A DNA stretch of 64,000 bases. Source: a virus. Taxonomy: Duplodnaviria > Caudoviricetes. Each line of letters starts with the position of its first letter. The stretch's first letter is position 1. Location: the IMG/VR virus record IMGVR_UViG_3300027653_000769, positions 1 through 64,000 of that record; one strand, 5' to 3'. The position numbers and the translations under genes are program-made. This document shows positions 30,740-41,228 of this stretch, piece after piece. Under the pieces are notes generated by a model, which saw nothing but the letters and a program-made list of their open reading frames with translations, was not told the origin of the DNA and did no database searches.

Positions 30740-32329
30740 TTGGAGAATGAAAGTAAAAAGGCAAAACAACGAGGCTTTTTTAACCAAAATGAGGGAATCC
30801 TTTTGATATCCTCTAATTACATGGAAAAACAAAAAATTGAGGACGGACTCAATAGAGAAATAGATCGAATAACTACTGTAAATGAGTTGGTAAGAGCGAT
30901 CACTAATTTAACAACGGGGGAAGAAGTAAGGGCAAGTATTATATTTACTTCGGAAATCCCTCCTGAAATACGGGCAGGATTAGATGATGTGGTTGATTTC
31001 ATTGAGGTTGCAGAAACACCTGCTTTTGAAATCGGTGTAGGAAGCACAATTGAAAATGCATATAGGTTCGGTACAATTGAAGACTTTCTATCTTACGCAA
31101 GAAACAATAAAAGAAAAGATCAAATATCTGGTGTAAAAGATGGAGAACAACGAACTATTTTAGAAGAACTTCAATCGGAAACTGATGCACAAAAAGAAAC
31201 AATACAACACATGGAAAGCGAACAAGAAAAGTTACAGAATCGATATGAAAAAATTCAGGGGGAATGTGAAACATTAGAAACACAAATAGAACATGTTTAT
31301 AAGGTACAAACAGAGGAAGCGAAGAGACAAGCAGAGGAATTAGAGGACAAACTAGATAACCTTACCCGTATTTTAGATATAGAGAAACAAAAAAGTAGTA
31401 CTTATCAGGCAGAGAAAGATGAGGCATTAGGAAAGTTAACTGAAATGCGACTTACCGTAAAGTCACTACGAGATGCAGTACAAGATAAGCAGGGAGATAT
31501 TCGTAAATTAGAGAGAAAGATTGAAAATGATAAAACAAGAATAAACAACTTGGTCAAGGAAAAAGAGGAAATCATACGGTCGAGGGTTGATTCAGAGGAA
31601 CATGTATTGTTAAGTAATGAACTAGAAAAGCAAACAAAAGAAGTAGATCGTTTGGGAGGAGTCATTACAAGAATAGAGATAGAAATGAGGAAAATAAAAT
31701 ACGAAAAAGAATTGCTTGAACATGAGATCGAATTCTTAAGAGATGGAGATAAAAACATAGAGGAGTTCGGAAGAACCAATAAATTAGATACATTCAAATT
31801 TGAGAAAACGGATTTAATTTATATAAAGGTATTCGATGACTTACCTTACCTTCGACTGGCCACAAAGATGTTCTTCGATAAAATATCCGAGAAATACGGT
31901 GGGAGGTCTCATATGATGATTTTAAAATATGATGATGGGTTTGATAATCAATACTTTGATGGTGTACCTCTTTGGAGCAAGGTTAAGGATGTTCCCTCTA
32001 CAGATCGTATCTTCCGTATCTTCCCACATTCTTCTATGTTTACGAAAGCAGATACATGGGCGAAAAAAGTAAATGTTTTAGTTGTTGTTGACTACATTAA
32101 AAATAGTGAGTACTACATTTCTTCTCAAGCAAAAGAGCGATACATGAGTGTTGTTAGGCGAGAAATAGATATAGATAATTACGGTTTGAAAGGAAGTCCA
32201 ATAACAATAGACGGAAAAAGTGTGTATGACATACAGCATGATCCAAAAATAAGCGGATCAGGTATTAAGCAAAACAGGCACAGAATGGTTTCCAATAAAG
32301 TGGATACCTGGATTAAAAACATTGAATAG
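30740..32329 (+). CDS. Long coiled-coil protein
   Basis: TTG start after AAGGTGG; central heptad-rich region of about 200 aa. Confidence 0.75.
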   Translation: MENESKKAKQRGFFNQNEGILLISSNYMEKQKIEDGLNREIDRITTVNELVRAITNLTTGEEVRASIIFTSEIPPEIRAGLDDVVDFIEVAETPAFEIGVGSTIENAYRFGTIEDFLSYARNNKRKDQISGVKDGEQRTILEELQSETDAQKETIQHMESEQEKLQNRYEKIQGECETLETQIEHVYKVQTEEAKRQAEELEDKLDNLTRILDIEKQKSSTYQAEKDEALGKLTEMRLTVKSLRDAVQDKQGDIRKLERKIENDKTRINNLVKEKEEIIRSRVDSEEHVLLSNELEKQTKEVDRLGGVITRIEIEMRKIKYEKELLEHEIEFLRDGDKNIEEFGRTNKLDTFKFEKTDLIYIKVFDDLPYLRLATKMFFDKISEKYGGRSHMMILKYDDGFDNQYFDGVPLWSKVKDVPSTDRIFRIFPHSSMFTKADTWAKKVNVLVVVDYIKNSEYYISSQAKERYMSVVRREIDIDNYGLKGSPITIDGKSVYDIQHDPKISGSGIKQNRHRMVSNKVDTWIKNIE

Positions 32330-32340
32330 GGGTGATATAA

Positions 32341-34710
32341 TTGTCTCTTTTTAAGAAAAGATTATCTAAACGAGAAAAACTGGATAAAACAGAAATGGAA
32401 AGTTTCTCTTGGGGTTTTTTCGATGCCCTTAACTTATATACGAGAATTATTGCAGATAAGATTACAAAGGGGAGAACGGATAATCCAACAGAAAAACTAG
32501 GGGAAAATAGGGTTTTAGGAGATAAACAGTTTTATTACTCCGTAAATAGGGTGTTTACAAAACAAGGGATAAAGAAACCTTATTTCATTGACCTACCACA
32601 GTATTCAGACCGGGGGTTCGTTACCGATTTAAGAGAAGATATAAATAGAGCAGTACAGGCCTATAATCAAACGCATCGATTAGAAGAAAACGTGTCTGTA
32701 ACATGTATTATGGACAGCGATAATTTTAAAGTAAATTTAGCACAGGGAAGAATGCAGGGTCGATTCAAGTTATGGGCTAAACAATATGAAAAGATTATGC
32801 AGGAAGCAGAAAATAAAGGGTTAGAAGATGAATTGAAATCTGATAAACATACAAAAGCTACAAAACACAAAGTAGGATCTTATTTATATATGAAAGAAGC
32901 GGTTGAAGAAGAAAAGGCATCTTTCTTTAAAACAACTATTATTTTAGAACTTGTGGCTACGTCAGATGAAATTTTAGATGTGGCAGATGACGTTGTAAAA
33001 GCATTTCTTTTTCAAGCGGAGTCTAGGGCAAGAGAAGTATTCATCCAAACGAATGAGTATATGCGGACATACACACCTGTTACAAATCAAAAAGATTCTT
33101 TAATAAGAAACATGAATACAGGTAATGTGTATGCAGATGATACATTGAGTAGTTTGTCAGTCACTACACATGGAGTGATTGGAGATAACACAGGGGTATA
33201 CCACGGGGTGGATATCCTTTCCAGGCGAGTTGTTACGTTTGATATGTATAAAGGAAGTGACGTTAAGAACGTCCTTCTTACAGCACGATCCGGGGAAGGG
33301 AAAAGTCAATTCGCCAAAATGTTGTATACGTTTTACAGTGCAGAAAAGAAATACAGTACAGTTGTCTTTGATTACGAGGGGTCAGAGTATTTACCTTTGG
33401 CAAACGTAATCGATGCACATGTTATATCATTAACAAAATCTAGTGGTAAGTTTGTAAACACAATGGTTATTAGTGACTTAACAGGTGATCCAGAAATAGA
33501 TTCCATGCTTAAAATAGATGCACAGGATGCAACCATACGAATATTTAACCTACTTGTAGACGAGGATTACGGTATGTCTGCCGAACAACTAGCCATTTTA
33601 AGTGATGCTATGAAACAAGTATATTTAGATTTTAAAGTTACAGAAAATCAGGAAAGCTGGAAGAACAGCAAGGAGATCACCTATTTCCATTTATATGTAA
33701 AGATCAAAGACTTCTTAAACACAAAAGAAGGAAAAGAAATGAGGGAACTGCATGGAGTAGAAGAATTAAAGAATTTTTCTGTTATATTAAGACCGTATTT
33801 TGAAGAGGGAGGTCTCCACAAACATTGGTTTGAGGATTCCATATCTATACAGGAACTCATGGATAAGAAGCACATTGTATTTAGCTTTGGAATGGGTGGA
33901 CAGGAAGAAGCAATGATAGATGAAAAAGCATTAGCATTGCGACAGCTATTTGCAAGCCACATCACTACAATGTTGTCTAACCATAATGCGAAAAACAATA
34001 TAAAGACAGTTGTATTTGTAGAAGAACTTCAAAGATACTTAAAGCAGCGATTTTCCGGGGAGATCATTTCCAAGTTTACGAGTGGAGGGCGTAAAAACGG
34101 ATTAATAACTTATCTAATAACAAACGCACCGAGTGAATTGTTAAACATGAGTTTAAATATGGAAGACCATATAAGGGAAAATGCCAGTACAATCATGGGT
34201 AACATCTCCATGTATTTAATAGGAGCATTACTGAAACCAGACATGGATGCTTTAATTGAAAACTTTAACTTACAGAATTCAAGGGGAGTTTTAAATCAAT
34301 TAACGGATATTGCACAAGGAAGTGTAGACAATTCAGGGATGAAGTACTGCTTTTATGTACAGTACAGAGGACAGGGAGGAATACTAAGAATGTTATCACA
34401 TCCCGCCTTAGATGATTTACCTCTTTATAAGACAATTGATATGAAAGAACCAAATTCCTCTGATTACAGCAAGCATGATGATAAAGGGTTACGAACCGTT
34501 GTCGATATGCCGCAGGATAGGGTAGAAAAGGGAATAGAACGGGCTGAAAAAGAAGATATGGAGAAGAAACAAAACAAGGCTTCCTTTAATGAATACACAG
34601 ATGGAAGAAGAGAAGATAAGGGAGTATGGGGAAGTAAGGTAGATATAAATACAAGAGGAACGGGAAAAAATACAGATAAGTTTGATGAGAGTGATTTTGA
34701 TTTCGACTGA
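32341..34710 (+). CDS. VirB4-like conjugation ATPase
   Basis: KNVLLTARSGEGKS (Walker A), VFDYEGSEY, VFVEELQ (Walker B), GRKNG. Confidence 0.88.
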   Translation: MSLFKKRLSKREKLDKTEMESFSWGFFDALNLYTRIIADKITKGRTDNPTEKLGENRVLGDKQFYYSVNRVFTKQGIKKPYFIDLPQYSDRGFVTDLREDINRAVQAYNQTHRLEENVSVTCIMDSDNFKVNLAQGRMQGRFKLWAKQYEKIMQEAENKGLEDELKSDKHTKATKHKVGSYLYMKEAVEEEKASFFKTTIILELVATSDEILDVADDVVKAFLFQAESRAREVFIQTNEYMRTYTPVTNQKDSLIRNMNTGNVYADDTLSSLSVTTHGVIGDNTGVYHGVDILSRRVVTFDMYKGSDVKNVLLTARSGEGKSQFAKMLYTFYSAEKKYSTVVFDYEGSEYLPLANVIDAHVISLTKSSGKFVNTMVISDLTGDPEIDSMLKIDAQDATIRIFNLLVDEDYGMSAEQLAILSDAMKQVYLDFKVTENQESWKNSKEITYFHLYVKIKDFLNTKEGKEMRELHGVEELKNFSVILRPYFEEGGLHKHWFEDSISIQELMDKKHIVFSFGMGGQEEAMIDEKALALRQLFASHITTMLSNHNAKNNIKTVVFVEELQRYLKQRFSGEIISKFTSGGRKNGLITYLITNAPSELLNMSLNMEDHIRENASTIMGNISMYLIGALLKPDMDALIENFNLQNSRGVLNQLTDIAQGSVDNSGMKYCFYVQYRGQGGILRMLSHPALDDLPLYKTIDMKEPNSSDYSKHDDKGLRTVVDMPQDRVEKGIERAEKEDMEKKQNKASFNEYTDGRREDKGVWGSKVDINTRGTGKNTDKFDESDFDFD

Positions 34711-35082
34711 TATACTATAACTGAGGATAATAAAGGGAATGAATAGAAGTATAAAGACGATTGATATTAAGTAAATAAATTACTAACAAGGGAAATAAAC
34801 AAGTATCAATGGGTATTAAATTAAATGTTAATTCTCTAAAGATATATTACAGGAAATACTATATTTCTTATTACTGAAAACAATCCGTATAAGTTAATTG
34901 AATAGATATATCACCAAGATGGAGGAGTACTAAATGTACCCTCTATTTTTATTGGTATATGGAGGAAGGAAGATAACATTTAACGGAAAGAGAAACCGCT
35001 ACTGATAGACATGACTATAAATAATGTTTGAAAGAGAACAAATCAAATTCGTTGAAATTTACGATAAAGGGGTTTTTAAGTC

Positions 35083-35403
35083 ATGTCTGCAGATAAAGAT
35101 TATGTACGTTTGAGGGAGTTACTACTGTATTTTATTAAATCGGAGAGATCCCCAAAACAAGCAAGAGGGGCAATTTTCTACACATATGTTAGTGGCAGTC
35201 TTGATCATGTTGTTATAGGGGAAAACGAAAAAGAGTCAAGGGTGATGAAACAAGTCAGAAAAAGATACTTTGAAGGGAAAGGAAATGCACATGAACCAAC
35301 GAAGTTCTATGAATATTTTTACCGTAAATTTAGGAAAGAGATACAAGAGACAAGGGAGAAGTTAACAGGTTTCCCGTATAGCAAAAAACAAAGGATTGGT
35401 TAG
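35083..35403 (+). CDS. Hypothetical basic protein
   Basis: RBS AAAGGGG, 106 aa. Confidence 0.7.
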   Translation: MSADKDYVRLRELLLYFIKSERSPKQARGAIFYTYVSGSLDHVVIGENEKESRVMKQVRKRYFEGKGNAHEPTKFYEYFYRKFRKEIQETREKLTGFPYSKKQRIG

Positions 35404-35405
35404 CA

Positions 35406-35603
35406 ATGCAAATGATTGTTGATATAAGTTTAATTATATTCATGCTTTTATTTTCCTACGCTTTTGGAAGGAAAAGTGAATCAGACAATAAGCCAGTTGT
35501 TCCGCAGGAGGTAACATGGTTTACGTTATTTTTACTGATGGGAATACTTTTGCTACTAAACTTACCTTCAATCATTCAGATGATGGCAAGTTACGGAGAA
35601 TAA
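35406..35603 (+). CDS. Small 2-TM protein
   Basis: 65 aa, two hydrophobic segments. Confidence 0.65.
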   Translation: MQMIVDISLIIFMLLFSYAFGRKSESDNKPVVPQEVTWFTLFLLMGILLLLNLPSIIQMMASYGE

Positions 35604-35680
35604 GAAATTAATTAAACCGAAGAGGTATATTTAAGAGAATAAAAATCCTCAACCTTAAAAGGGAAAGGAGGCAATAATAC

Positions 35681-38600
35681 ATGTTAGATTTTAAAAAGAA
35701 AGATCTATTTAAGAGAGAACAAGTTAAGATGCGAAATTTTCTCGATAAAAAATTACTTACTAATTCCCAATCAGAAGCGGATGAGTACACTGCACAAATG
35801 AATGGGGACGGTATGGGAGTTTTAGAAGCAGGGAACTTTATCGATGGTGATGCACTTGAAATAGGTGGAGATAGTGACGGTTTCGGAGGGTTTGGTGGCT
35901 TTGGAGAATTCGGAGAAGACGATGGCTTCGGAGGATTCGGAAGTGCGGGAGATAGAAGTGGTGTAAAAGGAGCAACAGATTGGCATTATCAAGGCCAACC
36001 ATTGAAAACCTTCTTCATGTCTCCCCTTTACATGATAAAGTATATTTTCCAGGATTTGACCAATGATTTTCCGAAGGGGAATGAATGGGTAGGTATTTTA
36101 AAGGTACTTAATACGGTTAATATATTTTGTGTTATCACCGCTTTATTTGCAATGGCATTAGGTGTAAATACGATATTTTCCCCAATCTTCCAGTTAATTG
36201 CTGGGTTATCCATGCACATTCTAACCACAATTATTATCAAAGTTGGATTTAAAGAAGATACAAAATTAATACAGTTCGCAAAAGAAATAATGAATAAAGA
36301 TGACGAGAGTACGGGGTTAGGTGATGAAGATACGTCATTTTCATTATTTGACGAGGACGAGGGAGAAGGTCTTGAACTTGGACACGATATGGATGCAGGT
36401 GGAATGGCATTTGGTGCATTAGAAGAAAGGGAAGATTCCTTATTTGGAATGGATGATGGAGAGGATGATTATGAAGAAACGGAAGATGAGGATGAAGATT
36501 TCGATACAGGGAGTGGTTTAGCAGAATCTCCTATATCGGTTGAATCGGATGATTCGTTTATGAATGATCTATTAGAAGTGTTTGCAAAAAGCGATAGGTA
36601 TATGGGTAAGATGATCCCGGAACGCATACAATTAGTTCACAGTTTTAGTGAGTATCTAATTCAAAACAACAGAAACTTTGGAAGTTGGGTAAGACCAAGG
36701 GAGAACGGGGTTGTTTATAATAACATTGCCTACGCATTGTTTAAAGGTTTATGTCAGTTGGAAACTCAATTTGCTAGTTACCAAAATGAGGACAGAATGC
36801 ATATTATAGATATTAAAGAAAGTCCTCTTTTATACCGCATCGAATTAGAGTTACCTGATTACTTCAAAGAGCGTAAGATACAGTCTAACCTTAAAGTTTT
36901 GGAAGATGTTTTAAAAGAAACCGAAGATGATTTAAACGTATCAATTATCGTTTCAACTTTCCAGGGAAACTTTGTTATTAAATTACTTCGTTTGGATAAC
37001 AAGCAATTAGTTACTCTAGGAGATATTTTACGGTTTAACGATGAGGATAGAGGCTATGTAGGACTTAACGCTTTTGCAGATGATGATTACGGGTTGCCTG
37101 TTTTAATGGGACTCCAAAATAACGAGAACCCTTATATAGTGGATTGGGAAGCAAACACGTCTGGGACGATTATAGGGGGATCTGGAAGTGGTAAGTCTTG
37201 GGCAACATTTGAAATGATGCTTAACTTTGTCATATCGAATGATTATAATAACGTAAACTTTATTGTTTTAGATGCAAAGAACGCACCATTTTGGAATGCT
37301 TTTGCGAGGTTTCCACACGTATTAGGGTATCATTACGACCCTGGGGAGTATATAGATATTTTAAGGGAAGTGGAAGACGAGCGTAAAAGAAGGCAGGAAA
37401 TGTTAAATGAGTTAGGTGCGGAGGACATGAAAGGGTACAGAAAGTCCCTTCGCAGAAAGAAAGAGTATGATAAGTTAAAAGAAGTACCGCTTCTATTTTT
37501 GGTTGTAGACGAGATTACCGCTACGATGGCAGAGTTGAAAGAAACAGATGAAGAATTATTTAAGACGGCTGCTAACTTATTAGGACAAATATCATCCAAG
37601 GGAAGATCCGCTGGGGTAAGGGTATTAAGTATTGGACAGCGTTCAACATTTGATTCCGTACCTAAAACATTAATGGCAAACTCATCCTTTAAATTTGGAA
37701 TGAAAATGGAAGTACAGAACGACTTCATTACTTTATTTGGCGATGACGTGAAACGATACAAAACACCGAACGCAACAGGAATGGGATTATCCAAAACAGA
37801 AGGGTCAACAACCTTACAAACAATTAAGACCCTTACTATTGGGGGAACGAATAACGAGCAGATGTTAATGCTTATCAGAACACTTGCTTTTGATTGGCTG
37901 CGGAGAAGTCACGGGGTAGATGATGTTAAAAGATTACCACCTAATCTCCCGTTTCAGAAATCCTATAATAGAGATCGGTTTTATGACAGGAGCATGAAAG
38001 AAATGCAGGAAGGAAGGATTTTAGTTCCTTCCGTTGTCAACGAAGGGTACGAAGTTATTTTCCCAGATGAAAGTAGTCAGCAGCAAGGCCACAGAATCCA
38101 AGCTATGCAAGACAGATTAAAAGCAGCGGAGGATAAAAGGAGACAGCATGAAAAACAATTAAGAAAAGAAGAAGATGAAGAATTGAATTGGGTAAGTGAT
38201 GTGGTGACACCAACATTTGAGGAAGAGCGGGACGAGGAAGAATTACCCCCTTTAGCAGAAGAAGATTTCACAAATGAGGATTTCGGACAAAATCATTTCG
38301 GAAGTTTTGATACGGATAGTGTTTTTGGGGGAACAGAAGAAAATCAAATTTCAGGTGGTTTTATAGAACAAACAGAAAGTACCCCCTTCCCGGAAGAAAT
38401 TAATCGAAAGGAAGAATATCAAGAAACATGGAAGAGTGAAAATGAGGACAGTTATGAGACTATAGAAGGAATGGAAGGAAATTCTTTTGGAAAGGGACTA
38501 AATCAACTTTTTCAAGAAACGCAAGATGAACCGATTAACAGCTTTCAAGAGGAGGATATTGGGTACGAGGAAAATGAAGAAGACGATGTAGAAGATATAT

Positions 38601-39715
38601 CCTGGGAACAGATTTCAAGCAAATTTGATTTCCCCGATATTGATGATGAAGAGGATGGGGAAGAAGAAAATGGCGATGTACAGCCGTTTCCTGTAAAAGA
38701 ATTTAGCATTGATAACGAAACTATAGATACGGATATAGATGATGCAACGGAAAGGGAAATATACAAAAATGAGGAAAATTATTATTTAGAAACAGATAAA
38801 GAAAATAAATTAGAGGAAGAAAAAGAAACTAATATAGTATCTCTGGATCAATTAATGCAGAAATATGAGAAAGAAGAAAAACAGGATCAAAAAATTGGTG
38901 AAGATGGTGGTGAAGTTACTGACGAAACCGTAGAGGAACATTATGGTGAAACTATAGGTGAAGTCGGCATAAATAGGTATAAATCACCTGAAAAACCCCT
39001 AGAAAAGCCTATAAACACAGAAATAAAGGATACTTCACTCGAGTTTCACCACGAAGTTCACCATGGGTTTCACCATCCAGAAACAGACAATTCTATTGTA
39101 TCTTTGGATAGTTTATTAACAGATGCCAAGGAAGAATTAGAAGAGGAAGAAAAACAAGAGGACGAGGAAAGTGACAATAAAGAGGTAGAACAGAACGAGG
39201 CTGCCTTGCTAAGAAAGCAATTATGGGAAAGAGAGCAGGAACTAAAGCACTTAAGAGAGCAACAGGAAACGGAATATAACTTAAAATTAGAGAAGGAACG
39301 AGAAAAACGGATTCAGTTACAAAGAGAAAAAGAATTGAAAGAAGAAGAACAACGGAAAGCACAAGAAGCAAAAAAAGAAGAAACACGGATAAAAGAAGAA
39401 AACCAACAGAAAGAGATTAAAGCAAGAAATGAGGAAAACCAAAATAAACAGGGAACTTCCGCTACACCGAGTGAAAATCAAACGGATAAGAAGGACGGAA
39501 TCGAACTTGAATTTATTTCACCCGTAAGGGAAGTAAAACAAGAACCGACTATGCCTATAAAAGCGTATATCGCAACTTATGGTACAAGCAAAGGATTTAA
39601 CGTTTATATGTCTGTAGAAGAAATTAGATCAGTATACAGCGAGAGAAGAATAAAAGAAGCCTTAGACCGATTACTTATGATTGAGTCAAAAGGATATTAT
39701 ATAGTACGGATGTAG
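35681..39715 (+). CDS. FtsK/SpoIIIE-family ATPase (TcpA-like coupling protein / DNA translocase) with acidic disordered regions
   Basis: 2 TM; IIGGSGSGKS, IVLDAK, LVVDEI, KGRSAGVRVLSIGQR. Confidence 0.88.
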   Translation: MLDFKKKDLFKREQVKMRNFLDKKLLTNSQSEADEYTAQMNGDGMGVLEAGNFIDGDALEIGGDSDGFGGFGGFGEFGEDDGFGGFGSAGDRSGVKGATDWHYQGQPLKTFFMSPLYMIKYIFQDLTNDFPKGNEWVGILKVLNTVNIFCVITALFAMALGVNTIFSPIFQLIAGLSMHILTTIIIKVGFKEDTKLIQFAKEIMNKDDESTGLGDEDTSFSLFDEDEGEGLELGHDMDAGGMAFGALEEREDSLFGMDDGEDDYEETEDEDEDFDTGSGLAESPISVESDDSFMNDLLEVFAKSDRYMGKMIPERIQLVHSFSEYLIQNNRNFGSWVRPRENGVVYNNIAYALFKGLCQLETQFASYQNEDRMHIIDIKESPLLYRIELELPDYFKERKIQSNLKVLEDVLKETEDDLNVSIIVSTFQGNFVIKLLRLDNKQLVTLGDILRFNDEDRGYVGLNAFADDDYGLPVLMGLQNNENPYIVDWEANTSGTIIGGSGSGKSWATFEMMLNFVISNDYNNVNFIVLDAKNAPFWNAFARFPHVLGYHYDPGEYIDILREVEDERKRRQEMLNELGAEDMKGYRKSLRRKKEYDKLKEVPLLFLVVDEITATMAELKETDEELFKTAANLLGQISSKGRSAGVRVLSIGQRSTFDSVPKTLMANSSFKFGMKMEVQNDFITLFGDDVKRYKTPNATGMGLSKTEGSTTLQTIKTLTIGGTNNEQMLMLIRTLAFDWLRRSHGVDDVKRLPPNLPFQKSYNRDRFYDRSMKEMQEGRILVPSVVNEGYEVIFPDESSQQQGHRIQAMQDRLKAAEDKRRQHEKQLRKEEDEELNWVSDVVTPTFEEERDEEELPPLAEEDFTNEDFGQNHFGSFDTDSVFGGTEENQISGGFIEQTESTPFPEEINRKEEYQETWKSENEDSYETIEGMEGNSFGKGLNQLFQETQDEPINSFQEEDIGYEENEEDDVEDISWEQISSKFDFPDIDDEEDGEEENGDVQPFPVKEFSIDNETIDTDIDDATEREIYKNEENYYLETDKENKLEEEKETNIVSLDQLMQKYEKEEKQDQKIGEDGGEVTDETVEEHYGETIGEVGINRYKSPEKPLEKPINTEIKDTSLEFHHEVHHGFHHPETDNSIVSLDSLLTDAKEELEEEEKQEDEESDNKEVEQNEAALLRKQLWEREQELKHLREQQETEYNLKLEKEREKRIQLQREKELKEEEQRKAQEAKKEETRIKEENQQKEIKARNEENQNKQGTSATPSENQTDKKDGIELEFISPVREVKQEPTMPIKAYIATYGTSKGFNVYMSVEEIRSVYSERRIKEALDRLLMIESKGYYIVRM

Positions 39716-39740
39716 GGAATACCCTGCATCCTTTTTCTTT
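39708..39740 (+). terminator. Intrinsic terminator ending the transfer region
   Basis: GGATGTAGGG-aata-CCCTGCATCC plus T-tract. Confidence 0.8.
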
Positions 39741-39779
39741 TGTTTAGCAGAAAACAATAGGTTAAATACCAAAATGGTA

Positions 39780-39808
39780 TTTACAAATAAATAAAAGTAA
39801 TGTATAAT
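39780..39808 (+). promoter_or_regulatory. Conserved promoter/operator motif, copy 2
   Basis: TTTACA-aataaataaaagtaatg-TATAAT. Confidence 0.8.
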
Positions 39809-39927
39809 AGGAATTAGTTAGACAGATAGGAAAACAAAACAGATTATATCAAAATCAAATTTTACGGAATAACAACATAACAATAAAAATGGCTGAAAGG
39901 CATAATTACATAAAAAGGGGATAAGTT

Positions 39928-40278
39928 ATGAAAAAACTAATGATCGAAAAAGATGTACTCCCTTTTAAGAAGTACAAGGGGTCACAAGGTGACTTATTCA
40001 ACCGACTCATAAAATACATTGAACTAAAAAAAGATAACGTGAGTAAAGGATATGTGGAGGTAGTTAATCCCTGTCCCTGGTGTAAACACAAACAAGATTC
40101 ATTTAATGAATTTAGCCACTACGTTCACCCTTGTGATATATGGCATTTTCCAATTGAGGATGAAAACGAAGATGACTGGCTAGAAGTAATGGGTGATTGG
40201 TTTGATTTTTCCGATGAGGAAATAAAAATTTACAGGTGTCAAAACTGCGAGCAATGGTTTATAGATCACGATAAATAA
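39928..40278 (+). CDS. Hypothetical protein with two CxxC motifs (Zn ribbon)
   Basis: CPWC ... CQNC. Confidence 0.75.
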   Translation: MKKLMIEKDVLPFKKYKGSQGDLFNRLIKYIELKKDNVSKGYVEVVNPCPWCKHKQDSFNEFSHYVHPCDIWHFPIEDENEDDWLEVMGDWFDFSDEEIKIYRCQNCEQWFIDHDK

Positions 40279-40293
40279 TAGGAGGAATTTAAA

Positions 40294-41106
40294 ATGAGTA
40301 TGAGTATTTTAGATAAATTTGAGACAGTAGAAATTAAAAATGAAACCAGGATTTCCGAGGAAGACAAGGTATATTGTGAAACGATGCAGGATATGTATCA
40401 GGAATCCGTAACAGCAATGCAAAAGGCGATTGATATATTAAAACCGATTAGTGATAGAAATGATAAATTCAGAACAAAATATATGTATAGAGGTTTTATT
40501 GATAAGCATAACGACACAATGAAATTGGAAATCCGATTGGAAGACTATAGAAAAGAATTTATAAACAAAATTGCAAATTACTTTAGTAGTAAATATAGCG
40601 TTACTTTGGAGAAATTTAATCTAATGGAAAAGACCGAAATGAATATTACTTACAATGACATTTTAGAAGATATATTTAACCAACTAAATGGATTAAGTTT
40701 TGAAGATAAGGCAGTACAGGAATTGAAGAAAGAAAGTCAGGAACGTTTAGGAAGAAAAGATAATGCAGAAGTGAAAAAGAACCGACTTACCATTAAAGAT
40801 TACATTTTTTGGAGAGAATCTTGGGATGGAAATTACAAGGAACTAGGATTTGGAAATGCGAGTGTCAATGCACTCTTTAAGTCACTTAGTCATTTTGAAA
40901 CAGGAGAAACAGAGGAAATACAATGTTACGCAGATATATATAACCAACTACGAGAGGGAGAACGTTACTACGACATTTTTTCAAAATACGCACTTGGAAA
41001 CAACAAAGCACAAGAAATGAAATTATATAAGAACGGTAGAGTGGATATTGATTTTTCCACAAATGAACAGGCAGAAACATTTATGAATGAGTATTTAATT
41101 GGGTAG
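40294..41106 (+). CDS. Hypothetical protein
   Basis: RBS GGAGG, 270 aa. Confidence 0.8.
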   Translation: MSMSILDKFETVEIKNETRISEEDKVYCETMQDMYQESVTAMQKAIDILKPISDRNDKFRTKYMYRGFIDKHNDTMKLEIRLEDYRKEFINKIANYFSSKYSVTLEKFNLMEKTEMNITYNDILEDIFNQLNGLSFEDKAVQELKKESQERLGRKDNAEVKKNRLTIKDYIFWRESWDGNYKELGFGNASVNALFKSLSHFETGETEEIQCYADIYNQLREGERYYDIFSKYALGNNKAQEMKLYKNGRVDIDFSTNEQAETFMNEYLIG

Positions 41107-41228
41107 GACAGACCCTAATAAATGTACAAAACAAAATATGACTATGCTATAATTAAATACAGGTGTAATAAGGCTTTCAATAGAGGTGGCTCACCCCTTT
41201 TACTATAAAAGGAAGGGGGTGATGGTAT

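Larger units (their letters stand above)
17418..39715 (+). mobile_element. Gram-positive conjugative transfer (T4SS-like) gene cluster
   Basis: Two wall hydrolases, pilin-like, VirB6-like, VirB3-like, VirB4 and FtsK-type ATPase, all co-oriented. Confidence 0.8.

Noticed and set aside
34711-35082. oriT call or a 22-aa ORF at 34809
   Set aside because: No recognisable nic site; the hairpin looks like a terminator; the ORF lacks a well-spaced RBS
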